From contig JAJRVL010000004.1 of the NCBI GenBank assembly GCA_024277355.1, positions 450,001-482,000 of the forward strand: a DNA stretch of 32,000 nucleotides, written 5' to 3'. Below are positions 8,620 through 16,859 of the stretch, one piece after another; position 1 is the first letter of the stretch, and each line of letters opens with the position of its first letter. The translations under genes and the position numbers were made by a program. Below the pieces are notes generated by a model. It made no database searches and had not been told where the DNA came from. It saw nothing but the letters and a program-made list of their open reading frames with translations. The DNA is from an archaeon (GTDB lineage: Archaea > Iainarchaeota > Iainarchaeia > Iainarchaeales > 1-14-0-10-31-34).

Positions 8620-9120
8620 ATGCCTAAAAGAATCTGGAAAAAACCTGAAACACCTGCTTTTAATAAACGATTAAAAAAAAGCGTTAAAAGAACTGTAAAT
8701 AATTTAATTAAAGCAGGACCTGAAAAAGAAAAAGAAATTGCAAAAAGAATTTTAAGAACAGGCTTAAAAAATTCTGTTTCAGAAAAATATTTATTTGAAA
8801 AAATTAAAAGAATTATGCTTAAAAGAGAAGGAATGAGTAAAGAAATGACTGCAAATTTCTTAAATGAAGTGTCTGCCAGAAATAAAAAAGTTGCAGAACT
8901 AAGAAATGAAATAAACTTGATTCCTATTAAAGAAAAATACCAGGAACTTGTAAAAGAATTAACAAGATATTCTGGTTTAGTTGAAGGAATTAAAGCAAAT
9001 GTTGATATTATTGTTGAACCTGAAAAAAAACAATGGTTTTTGAATTTGCTTAATAAAATGTCAAAAGAAATCTTAGAAGAAAGAAAACAAGCCAAAAAAA
9101 AACTAAAAGAATTTTACTAA
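8620..9120 (+). CDS. Hypothetical protein, helical and lysine-rich
   Basis: 166 aa ORF with good coding character, convergent with the PCNA gene and ending 2 nt from it. Confidence 0.7.
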   Translation: MPKRIWKKPETPAFNKRLKKSVKRTVNNLIKAGPEKEKEIAKRILRTGLKNSVSEKYLFEKIKRIMLKREGMSKEMTANFLNEVSARNKKVAELRNEINLIPIKEKYQELVKELTRYSGLVEGIKANVDIIVEPEKKQWFLNLLNKMSKEILEERKQAKKKLKEFY

Positions 9121-9122
9121 AC

Positions 9123-9848
9123 TTACAAAATCATGTGCGCTAAATGAAAGTTTATTTTGCTTTGGCCAATTGAATAAGAAATTTTCATTGGAGCATCGCC
9201 TTTTAATTCTAATTTAATTTTTGATTCAGGCTCTGCTTCTTTAATTATATTTGTAAGAAAATTCAATGAATATTTGCTTACTACTTCTGAATTAGTTTTA
9301 ACTATAACATTTTTTGCTTCTTTTGCAACAGTTTTAAGTGTTCCTGCTGAACCTCTTGCTTCAATAATAAATTGATTATCTTTTGCTTTTAACACAACAG
9401 AACTTCCAAATAAAGCAGCATCCTTTAATGATTCTTTTAAAATTCTTGCATTAATTTCAATTGTTGCATCAAATTTAGTTGAAGGAACATTAATTTCTTG
9501 TTCTGAAACATCAATTAAAGGCAATTTAAAGCTTCTTGATAATTCGCCAGTGAAATGAACTGACATTTCATTGTCAGTTAAATCTAAAGTCATTTTGTCA
9601 TTTTGTAAAATTCTTGACATAATTTTATTTAATTCAACTAAATCTACTCCAACATAAGAAGGTTCAATTGAATACTTATCAAAAGAGCTTTTTGCAATAG
9701 AATAATCAACTAAAACTATCTGAGAAGGATCAATTGCCTTAAAGCTTATTCCTGAATCATTAAAACGAAAATTTCCTTCAGAAATAAAAGTAGATAAAGC
9801 ATTAATTGATTTAGCCCAAAAATCTGCTTTTTTTAATTCAATTGCCAT
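9123..9848 (-). CDS. pcn: DNA polymerase sliding clamp (PCNA), paralog 1
   Basis: FNDSGISFKAIDPSQIVLVDYSI, GVDLVELNKIMSRI, C-terminal APMKISYSIGQSKINFHLAHMIL. Confidence 0.92.
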   Translation of the reverse strand: MAIELKKADFWAKSINALSTFISEGNFRFNDSGISFKAIDPSQIVLVDYSIAKSSFDKYSIEPSYVGVDLVELNKIMSRILQNDKMTLDLTDNEMSVHFTGELSRSFKLPLIDVSEQEINVPSTKFDATIEINARILKESLKDAALFGSSVVLKAKDNQFIIEARGSAGTLKTVAKEAKNVIVKTNSEVVSKYSLNFLTNIIKEAEPESKIKLELKGDAPMKISYSIGQSKINFHLAHMIL

Positions 9849-9923
9849 CAAAAACCCCCTTTACTGCAAATATTAAGTATAATATACTCATTAATGCTTT
9901 TAAATTATTCTAAAAGGCTAAAT

Positions 9924-10280
9924 TCATTTTGTTTTCCTTTTATCAAATTTTTTAAGCTGTTTGTCTGTTACTTTAGAAAGAGCTTTTTTGCTTAATCCTC
10001 TTCCAGAAGTTCCGTGAATTCCAGGAAATTTTGGTGCTTTTTTTCCTCCTTCACGGTATAACTTCAAATCTTTTCCAAACGAACTAACTTTTTTGTTGCT
10101 TACTTTTTTTAAGGCATTAGGCGAAAATTTTCTTCCAGGAAGTTTAGATTTCCCAAAATTTGGATTTTTAAGTCTTTTTCTTGCAGCTATAAGTCTGTCA
10201 ACTTCTAAACTAAACTCCTTAGCTTTGCGTGCTGAAACTTTTTGCTTAAGAAGACTTCTTCTTGGTTTTTTTAGAGGCAT
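9924..10280 (-). CDS. Hypothetical strongly basic protein
   Basis: 118 aa, Lys/Arg-rich ORF upstream of and co-directional with PCNA-1, with an internally repeated S-x2-A-L-x-K-V-x6-F-x-K motif. Confidence 0.65.
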   Translation of the reverse strand: MPLKKPRRSLLKQKVSARKAKEFSLEVDRLIAARKRLKNPNFGKSKLPGRKFSPNALKKVSNKKVSSFGKDLKLYREGGKKAPKFPGIHGTSGRGLSKKALSKVTDKQLKKFDKRKTK

Positions 10281-10376
10281 AAACTCATCACTTCCTGTTT
10301 TTTAATAATATGATTTTGTTTTCTTTTTTTATAAATTTATCTGTCAATAAACTTTTGTACAGCAAAGGTAAAAAAA

Positions 10377-10988
10377 ATGATTAAAACAGTATTATTTGAC
10401 ATTGACGGCGTAATAGTTTACTCAGACAAAGCAAACAGGAAGTTTGTTAATGCAATTTTAAAAGAACAGGGAAAAAAAGAATTAAGTGAAAAAGACTTTC
10501 AGAAAATAAAATTTTTTACTATAAAACAAGTGTTAGAAAAATATTTACCTGAATTCAGCGAAGAAAAAATAAAAAAAATAAGAGAAAAATGGTCTCCGAA
10601 ATATGTTAATTTTGTTAATCACACAGAACTAAATAATGGAATAAAAGAAATTCTTGAATTCTTAAAAGGAAAATTCAGATTAGGAATAATAACAAACAGA
10701 AGTTTAACTACAGTATTAGATTATCATAAAGTCAAAGATTATTTTGAGTTTATTGTAACTTCAGCAGATGTAAAAGAACCAAAACCTTCTCCTGAAGGAA
10801 TAAACAAAATTTTAGAAAAATTTAAGGTTAAACCAGAAGAAGCAATTTTTATTGGAGACACTATTGCAGATTTAACTGCAGGAGAAAAAGCAGGAGTTAA
10901 AACATTAATTTTTAGAACAACCCAAAAAGAAATAGGAAAAAAAATTGAAAGAATAACAGAATTTGAAGAAATAAAAAAATTCCTGTAA
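10377..10988 (+). CDS. HAD-superfamily hydrolase (phosphoglycolate phosphatase-like)
   Basis: VLFDIDGVIVYSD, LGIITNRS, KPEPSPEG-like KEPKPSPEG, AIFIGDTIADLTAGEKAG. Confidence 0.9.
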   Translation: MIKTVLFDIDGVIVYSDKANRKFVNAILKEQGKKELSEKDFQKIKFFTIKQVLEKYLPEFSEEKIKKIREKWSPKYVNFVNHTELNNGIKEILEFLKGKFRLGIITNRSLTTVLDYHKVKDYFEFIVTSADVKEPKPSPEGINKILEKFKVKPEEAIFIGDTIADLTAGEKAGVKTLIFRTTQKEIGKKIERITEFEEIKKFL

Positions 10989-11109
10989 AAGAAAAAAAAT
11001 TAAAAAAAAACAATAAAGTTAACAAAAAAATAAATTAAAAAACTAATAAAAAAGAATTAAAAAAAATTAAAGAAATAACACAAAAAAAATTAATTTAAAT
11101 AAAAAAAAT

Positions 11110-11132
11110 AATTCTGAAATTAATTCAGAATT
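11110..11132. terminator. Inverted repeat at the convergent gene ends
   Basis: AATTCTGAA-attaa-TTCAGAATT, 9-bp arms with a 5-nt loop. It overlaps the TGA that ends the post-stop extension of the 11218 gene. Confidence 0.4.
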
Positions 11133-11538
11133 TACTTTCAATTGCAGTGTAAGACCACAATCTAATTATTAACGGAATCATAAAAACAAAGAAAATTATT
11201 ACCTGAAATAAAATTCCTTAAGTTGGGTTAACAGTTCTTTCAGTTCCATTACTTGTAATTGTTGCTCCAGATAAATCTGAAGCTAAAATAAAAAAACCTA
11301 CTAATAAAGCAATAACTGCAATAACAGAAAAAAACATTGAGTTAACAGCAACCTGCATGTTTCTTCCTCTTAAAGCCCCTGTCTGATAGCTTACTGAACC
11401 AACGCCTTTGTTAGATAAAGCTAAGTTGCCCCAGCATTGTTTATGCAAAGATCTTGGAATAAAACCCCATTGAGGCATTACAATTAAATCATCTTTAGAT
11501 AAAATTTCTTTTTTACAATGTTCACAAAATACCGCCAT
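11125..11538 (-). CDS. Small zinc-finger-like, membrane-anchored protein containing an in-frame TAA (11218-11220)
   Basis: The 106-aa ORF (CEHCKKEI...HKQCW + TM helix) is followed in the same frame by TAA and then GILFQVIIFFVFMIPLIIRLWSYTAIESKF-TGA, which looks like a second TM helix. Confidence 0.55.
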
Positions 11539-11609
11539 AAAATCACCAAATACAAAAAGGAATAATTATATTTAAATCTTGTGTATTTATTAAAGAGACA
11601 ATGGAATAA

Positions 11610-12149
11610 AAAAATTTTGTTAAACTATTAAGTCCAAGAGTAAGCTGTTTAATTATTTCAAAAAACAAAGAAGGAAAAGTTAATGCAGCCCCTTATTCTT
11701 TTGTTTTTCCTTTTAGTTTTGAGCCTCCTTTAATTGGAATAGGAGTAGGAAAACATAAAATGACTTATAAAAATATAATGGAAACAAAAGAGTTCACAGT
11801 AAATGTAATTTCAGAAGAATTTGCACAGCAGGCAGTAAATTGCGAGGAAAAAATTGAATTTAATAAAAGATTAAAAAAAAATAATTTAGAAACAGAAGAA
11901 TCAAATAAAGTTAAGGTTCCAAGATTAAAGCAGGGAAAAGCTGTGCTTGAATGTGAATTAAGTGAAGTTTTAAATCTTAAAGAAGCAGATCATGCAATTG
12001 TAGTTGGAAAAGTTGTCGGCGTAAAAGTTAAAGAAAAAAACGGTGCAATAGATTTGGATTCAATGAATTATTTAATGCATGAATCTAAAGGGGTTTTCAG
12101 AAAAATTGGAGAAAAAGTTTTTTTGAATAGAATACAAAAAAAAAAATGA
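11610..12149 (+). CDS. Flavin reductase family (FMN-binding) protein; 5' end ambiguous because of an in-frame TAA at 11607-11609
   Basis: The supplied ORF starts at 11760, but the same frame upstream encodes KNFVKLLSPRVSCLIISKNKEGKVNAAPYSFVFPFSFEPPLIGIGVGKHK, typical of the flavin reductase N-terminus. The only upstream ATG (11601) reads ATG GAA TAA. Confidence 0.75.
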   Translation, partial: KNFVKLLSPRVSCLIISKNKEGKVNAAPYSFVFPFSFEPPLIGIGVGKHKMTYKNIMETKEFTVNVISEEFAQQAVNCEEKIEFNKRLKKNNLETEESNKVKVPRLKQGKAVLECELSEVLNLKEADHAIVVGKVVGVKVKEKNGAIDLDSMNYLMHESKGVFRKIGEKVFLNRIQKKK

Positions 12150-12177
12150 AAAATAAAAAAATAATTGGAATGATTAA

Positions 12178-12726
12178 ATGAATTTCAAAAAAAATTCTGC
12201 AGTAATTATAATTGATTTATTAGAAGAGTTTGTTAATGGAAACAAAAACGAAATTCTTTTGCCTGAAAACAGAAGTAAAAAACTGATTAAAAATACAGTA
12301 AAGCTTGCAGAAAAGGCAATAAAAAAAAATATTCCTGTAATTCATGTTCATTGTTTTCATAAAGAAAATGATTTAATTTTCAGAGTAACAGGAAAGCATG
12401 CAGTAAAAGGAAAAAAGAAAACTAAAACAATAAAAGAATTAGAAAATTTAATTGACTTTACAGTACATAAAACAACTTATGACGGATTTCATAAAACACG
12501 ACTGGAAAAGTTGTTGAAAAAATTGAAAGTTAAAAATTTGTTTGTTGCAGGAATTCAGTCTGACTGCTGTGTTTTAGCTACTTGTTTTAGTGCATTGTTT
12601 TTAGGGTTTAATGTTTTTATTGTAAAACAATGTGTTGATACAAGAACAAAAAAAAGACAAGGAATAATAATTGAAAGATTAAATAAATTAACAGGAAAAG
12701 TTATTTCTTTAAATAAAATAAACTGA
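12178..12726 (+). CDS. Isochorismatase-family cysteine hydrolase (nicotinamidase-like)
   Basis: AVIIIDLLEEFVNG and GIQSDCCVLATCFSALFLGFNVFIV (catalytic Asp and Cys motifs). Confidence 0.87.
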   Translation: MNFKKNSAVIIIDLLEEFVNGNKNEILLPENRSKKLIKNTVKLAEKAIKKNIPVIHVHCFHKENDLIFRVTGKHAVKGKKKTKTIKELENLIDFTVHKTTYDGFHKTRLEKLLKKLKVKNLFVAGIQSDCCVLATCFSALFLGFNVFIVKQCVDTRTKKRQGIIIERLNKLTGKVISLNKIN

Positions 12727-12730
12727 TAAA

Positions 12731-13633
12731 ATGAAAAAAAATAAAGAAAAAAAAATTATTTCATTGCTGAATTTATCAGGAAATGTTTTTTTGTTTTTAA
12801 TTAAAATATTTATTGGAGTTTTAACGGGAAGTTTTGCTTTAATTGCAGATTCATTAAATTCTTTATCAGATGTTTTTTCTTCTTTAATTGCATTAATTTC
12901 AGTTAAATTTTCATGCAAAAAACCTGATAACTGCCATCCGTTTGGCCATGAAAGAATTGAATCAATTACAGGATTAATTATTGGAATAATAGTTGCAGTA
13001 ATTGGAGTTGAATTAATTAAAGAATCTATTATAAAAATAATTTTAGGCAATGAAATAAAATCGGGTTTTCTTGCAGTAATTGTTTTATTAATTACAATAA
13101 TTGTAAAATTAGTTCTTGCTTTTTTTACTAAAAAAAGTTCAGACAAAACAAAAAGCATTGCATTATTTGCAATAGCAGAAGACAGCAAATTAGATGTATT
13201 GATTTCTTTTACTGCATTAATTGGAGTAATTGGGGCAATAAAAGGTTATTTAATTCTTGACCCTTTAATGGCTTTAATTATTGCTTTTTTTGTTATATGG
13301 AATGGAATAAAAATTGGAATAAAAAGTTCAAATCAACTTATAGGAAAAGCACCTTCTGAAAAAATAATTAAAAAAATAAAATTAAAAGCAATAGAAGTTA
13401 AAGGAGTAAAAGGAGTCCACCATATTAAAGCACAATATTTGGGTTCATTAGTTCAGGTTGAAATCCACATAGTAATAAATGAAAATTTATCAATTCAGCA
13501 GGCTCATTCAATAGGTAAAAACGTTCAATACGAAATTGAATCAATGGAAGAAATTGACAGAGTATTTATTCATTTAGATCCATTTAAAGTTAATTATTTT
13601 TGGAATAACACAAAAAATGAACTAAAGAATTAA
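12731..13633 (+). CDS. Cation diffusion facilitator family transporter
   Basis: ALIADSLNSLSDVFSSLIAL, HPFGHERIESITGLI, AEDSKLDVLISF, KGVHHIKAQYLG. Confidence 0.92.
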   Translation: MKKNKEKKIISLLNLSGNVFLFLIKIFIGVLTGSFALIADSLNSLSDVFSSLIALISVKFSCKKPDNCHPFGHERIESITGLIIGIIVAVIGVELIKESIIKIILGNEIKSGFLAVIVLLITIIVKLVLAFFTKKSSDKTKSIALFAIAEDSKLDVLISFTALIGVIGAIKGYLILDPLMALIIAFFVIWNGIKIGIKSSNQLIGKAPSEKIIKKIKLKAIEVKGVKGVHHIKAQYLGSLVQVEIHIVINENLSIQQAHSIGKNVQYEIESMEEIDRVFIHLDPFKVNYFWNNTKNELKN

Positions 13634-13683
13634 ATAAAAAAATAAGTATTCCTGCAATTAATCCAAATAGTAAATTTAATGCA

Positions 13684-13872
13684 TTATTCAGTTTTTTTTG
13701 GTTTATTTAATACAATTAAAGACAAAACCCATCCCAAAATAAAAATTAAAGTCATTGGAATAAACTGGTCTCCGTTATAACGATAAGCAAAAAAAACTGT
13801 AAACCATATTGCAGTTAAAGCAGTGGTTCTTTTCCCGTAATTTTTTCTTAAAAAAGGAATATTTAAATCCAT
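13684..13872 (-). CDS. Small membrane protein, hypothetical
   Basis: 62 aa with about two hydrophobic segments, between the CDF gene and the antiporter. Confidence 0.5.
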   Translation of the reverse strand: MDLNIPFLRKNYGKRTTALTAIWFTVFFAYRYNGDQFIPMTLIFILGWVLSLIVLNKPKKTE

Positions 13873-13909
13873 GACTAAAATAAGAACAAAGTACTTAATA
13901 ATTTTAACT

Positions 13910-14899
13910 TTAAATTGCTTTAGGCAGAATCATAATCAAAAATAAAAGATACAATAAGAACAAAACTATTCCTTCTGCTTTTTTTATTTTTAAGTCAGTC
14001 CAAATAAATAGCATAAATACTGCTGAAACAATAATTAAGAAAGGCCCGGAAATAGTTAAAGTAAACAAAGAAACTTTTAAAGGCGCAACCAAAGAAGCAA
14101 AGCCTCCGACAAACAAAATATTAAATATATTGCTGCCAACAACATTTCCAATTAACATATTATGAAATCCTTTTTTTAATGAAATTAAAGCAACAGCTAA
14201 TTCAGGCAAAGAAGTTCCTAAAGCAACTAAAGTTAAACCAATAAAATTATCACTTAAAGAAAAAAGAACTGCAATTTCTTTAGCTGCAACAACCATAAAA
14301 TGTGCTCCAAAAAATAACCCTGCAATAGAAATAACTAAAATAAAACTTTCTCCTATAATGATTTTTTTGAAGTTGTCTTTAAGTAAATGCAGAAAACTTC
14401 TAAAACTAGCTAAATGTTCTATATACAAATTTACTTTTAGTAATTCATGGAACTGAACTTTGAATTTAAACATATACAAAATATAAGCAAAAAGCAAAAA
14501 GATTAACAACAAAGCATCAGAAAAAGAAATTAATAAATCTAAAGCCATAATATAAAAAAGAAGGGTTAATCCAACCATTATATACCCTTCTCTTTCAAAC
14601 AATCTTTTTTCTATTTTAAGAACACGAAATGTTGCAGCAAGACCTAAAATTAAAGCTAAATTAGCTATATTGCTTCCAATAATATTTCCTACTGCAATAC
14701 CTGAATTACCGTAATAAGAAGCAACAATAGAAGAAGCAAATTCAGGAAGCGATGTTCCCATTGCAACAACAGTTAAACCAATAACTAATTCAGATACACC
14801 TAAAATTTTAGCTAACCTTGAAGCAGAAACAACAAATAAATCACTGGATTTAACTAACACAAAAGTTCCTGCAATAAAAAGCAAAAAAAATTCAATCAT
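13910..14899 (-). CDS. Calcium/sodium antiporter (CaCA / YrbG-like)
   Basis: Duplicated alpha repeats VVAMGTSLPEFASSIVASYYGNSGIAVGNIIGSNIANLALILG and LVALGTSLPELAVALISLKKGFHNMLIGNVVGSNIFNILFVGG. Confidence 0.93.
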   Translation of the reverse strand: MIEFFLLFIAGTFVLVKSSDLFVVSASRLAKILGVSELVIGLTVVAMGTSLPEFASSIVASYYGNSGIAVGNIIGSNIANLALILGLAATFRVLKIEKRLFEREGYIMVGLTLLFYIMALDLLISFSDALLLIFLLFAYILYMFKFKVQFHELLKVNLYIEHLASFRSFLHLLKDNFKKIIIGESFILVISIAGLFFGAHFMVVAAKEIAVLFSLSDNFIGLTLVALGTSLPELAVALISLKKGFHNMLIGNVVGSNIFNILFVGGFASLVAPLKVSLFTLTISGPFLIIVSAVFMLFIWTDLKIKKAEGIVLFLLYLLFLIMILPKAI

Positions 14900-14937
14900 C
14901 AATTAAAATAACGTTTCTCTAATTAAAATGTTTTTGG

Positions 14938-15684
14938 TTAACTTGATTCAATTCTTGGAGCCAAAAAATATTCTAATTCTGCGTTTCCAATTGAATAAAT
15001 TATTTTTATTGGCGCATTGCTTTTCATTTGAAGTTCAATTAAAGTATTTGAATCAGCTGACTTAAGCATATCCTGTAAATAGTTCAAAGGAAACATTGCA
15101 TAACATTCTTTTTTTGCATTTAATTCCTTTAAGTTTTCATCTTCTTTTGTTATTTCATTAATTGATTCGCCTTTAGATGAATTAGCTTTAATAAAAAAGT
15201 TTTTTGATGTAACTCCTAAAGTTACATGAGTACTGACAAGCAAAGCATCTTTTAATCCGTCTTTAATTAATCCTGCGTTTGCTTTAACTACTGCATCTGA
15301 TTCAAGTTTAGGAGAAGGCAATTCAGTTGAACTAATGTCTAATAATTGAATAAAAAAGTTTCTTGTAGAAGAACCTTTTAACTGAACTTTTAGTCTTGAT
15401 TCTTTTTCATTTAATTCTAAAATTAATTTTTCTCCTTGTTTGCTTCTGCTCATAATCTGGCTTAAATAATCTAAATCTAATCCTATTTTTGTTTCTTTTT
15501 CAAGTTCATATTCAGAAAAAGCTGTTTTAGGCAGTTTAAAGTCAATCATTGAAATCTGACTTGGATCAGTTGCCTTTAATTTTAATCCTTCTTCTGAAAT
15601 AGTAAATTCTGCTTCATCAATTAAAACAGAAATTGCATCAATTGCTTTTTTGAATTCAACTGCATTATCTAAAACTAATTTCAT
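14938..15684 (-). CDS. pcn: DNA polymerase sliding clamp (PCNA), paralog 2
   Basis: ISEEGLKLKATDPSQISMIDFKLPKTAF, GLDLDYLSQIMSRSK, APIKIIYSIGNAELEYFLAPRIESS. Confidence 0.92.
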   Translation of the reverse strand: MKLVLDNAVEFKKAIDAISVLIDEAEFTISEEGLKLKATDPSQISMIDFKLPKTAFSEYELEKETKIGLDLDYLSQIMSRSKQGEKLILELNEKESRLKVQLKGSSTRNFFIQLLDISSTELPSPKLESDAVVKANAGLIKDGLKDALLVSTHVTLGVTSKNFFIKANSSKGESINEITKEDENLKELNAKKECYAMFPLNYLQDMLKSADSNTLIELQMKSNAPIKIIYSIGNAELEYFLAPRIESS

Positions 15685-15749
15685 TTTTACACCTTTTTTT
15701 CCTTTCTAAAAACAATAGTAAAGGAATTAATTTAAGCATTATCTTTAGT

Positions 15750-16559
15750 TCAGCAGATTCCACTGAAATCTGAAGGAAGTTTTCCTGAAAGCAAAGAAGG
15801 AATATCGTCAAAAACCCATAATTTAACGCATCCTAATAAAGGAATTCTTAAAATTGCTTTTCCGGTTATTTCTTTTTCAGGAATTGCATTTTTTGTAATG
15901 CAAGCTAAATAAACTGTTTCGCCGTAAATTGTTTTTTGTTCAATGCATTCCTGATCAATTGAAGGGTTTGCATCTCCTTTTGTAAGAAAAAATACTCCAT
16001 CAGAAGCATTAATTTTAGCTATTGTTCTATGAATTATTTCTTTTCCTGAAAAAGGAGAAAAATAAACTATTACATCTCCCTTTTTTGTTATTTGAATTTT
16101 TGTTTCTCCTATCTGAATTTCTTCCGGATTATTTAATTTAATTAAAGTTTGCCCTGTTTTTGAATCAAACTGTTTTGTTATTGGTTCAGGAAAAGTTTTG
16201 CCGTAATCTGAATAAATTTTTCCTTTAATTTCTTCATTAAAATTAATTTCTTCTGCTTTAATGTTTTTTTCTCCGTACAATACAATTATGTCTCCTCTGA
16301 ACATTTCAGGAACCATTGAAGAACTTGAAACAATAACCATTGGAGAATTAGTATTTAATATTAAACCAAAAAATGAATACAATAAAAAAGCAAAAATTAA
16401 AGCAGAAAAAACATAAACTGTGAAATCTATTGCTTCATCAGTTAAAGAAGGGTTTTCTTTTTTTGGATGATATTTTCTTAATAAAATTTCAAGATAAGTA
16501 AAAGGGTCAAGCCATTTAAGGAAAGACAATTTTTGTTTTATTTCATCTAATGCTTTCAT
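15750..16559 (-). CDS. Signal peptidase I (archaeal/eukaryotic type)
   Basis: VIVSSSSMVPEMFRGDIIVLYG (catalytic Ser), GDVIVYFSPFSGKEIIHRTI, FLTKGDANP. Confidence 0.88.
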   Translation of the reverse strand: MKALDEIKQKLSFLKWLDPFTYLEILLRKYHPKKENPSLTDEAIDFTVYVFSALIFAFLLYSFFGLILNTNSPMVIVSSSSMVPEMFRGDIIVLYGEKNIKAEEINFNEEIKGKIYSDYGKTFPEPITKQFDSKTGQTLIKLNNPEEIQIGETKIQITKKGDVIVYFSPFSGKEIIHRTIAKINASDGVFFLTKGDANPSIDQECIEQKTIYGETVYLACITKNAIPEKEITGKAILRIPLLGCVKLWVFDDIPSLLSGKLPSDFSGIC

Positions 16560-16574
16560 CCAAAAACCAAAAAA

Positions 16575-16850
16575 TTACTTAAATGCTTTTTTTACTGCAG
16601 AGGAAAAAGAATCTAATTCTTTGTCTATTTCTTTTAATGCATCAAGCAAAACTTTTTTTGGGTTTTCTTTTTTTGTTCTTAAAACAAAAATTGAATCAGC
16701 ATCCATTGGGTGATCTAATTTGTATGCAACAAATTCTGTTTCCTTGTTTTCTAATAAATTAGTTTTAAGTAAATTTGGAAGAGTATGTCTTTCTCCTTTA
16801 ATGATAAATTCTAAAAGGTTTTTTTCTTTTTTTAATATTTCTAATTCCAC
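16575..16850 (-). CDS. rpoL: DNA-directed RNA polymerase subunit L (Rpb11-like)
   Basis: 91 aa; FIIKGERHTLPNLLKTNLLENKETEFVAYKLDHPMDADSIFVLRT. Confidence 0.9.
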   Translation of the reverse strand: MELEILKKEKNLLEFIIKGERHTLPNLLKTNLLENKETEFVAYKLDHPMDADSIFVLRTKKENPKKVLLDALKEIDKELDSFSSAVKKAFK

Positions 16851-16859
16851 TTTAACACC

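Noticed and set aside
8601-9095. Minus-strand 164-aa hydrophobic ORF
   Set aside because: Antisense to the 8620-9120 plus ORF. In this AT-rich genome, antisense frames of Lys-rich genes look like membrane proteins. The plus frame has better start and composition, though neither is proven.
11125-12149. Genome-wide reassignment of TAA as a sense codon
   Set aside because: TAA terminates many intact full-length genes here (priS-adjacent genes, rps27e, rfcL and others), so only local explanations fit.
12709-13188. Minus-strand 159-aa ORF
   Set aside because: Antisense to a clear cation diffusion facilitator gene.
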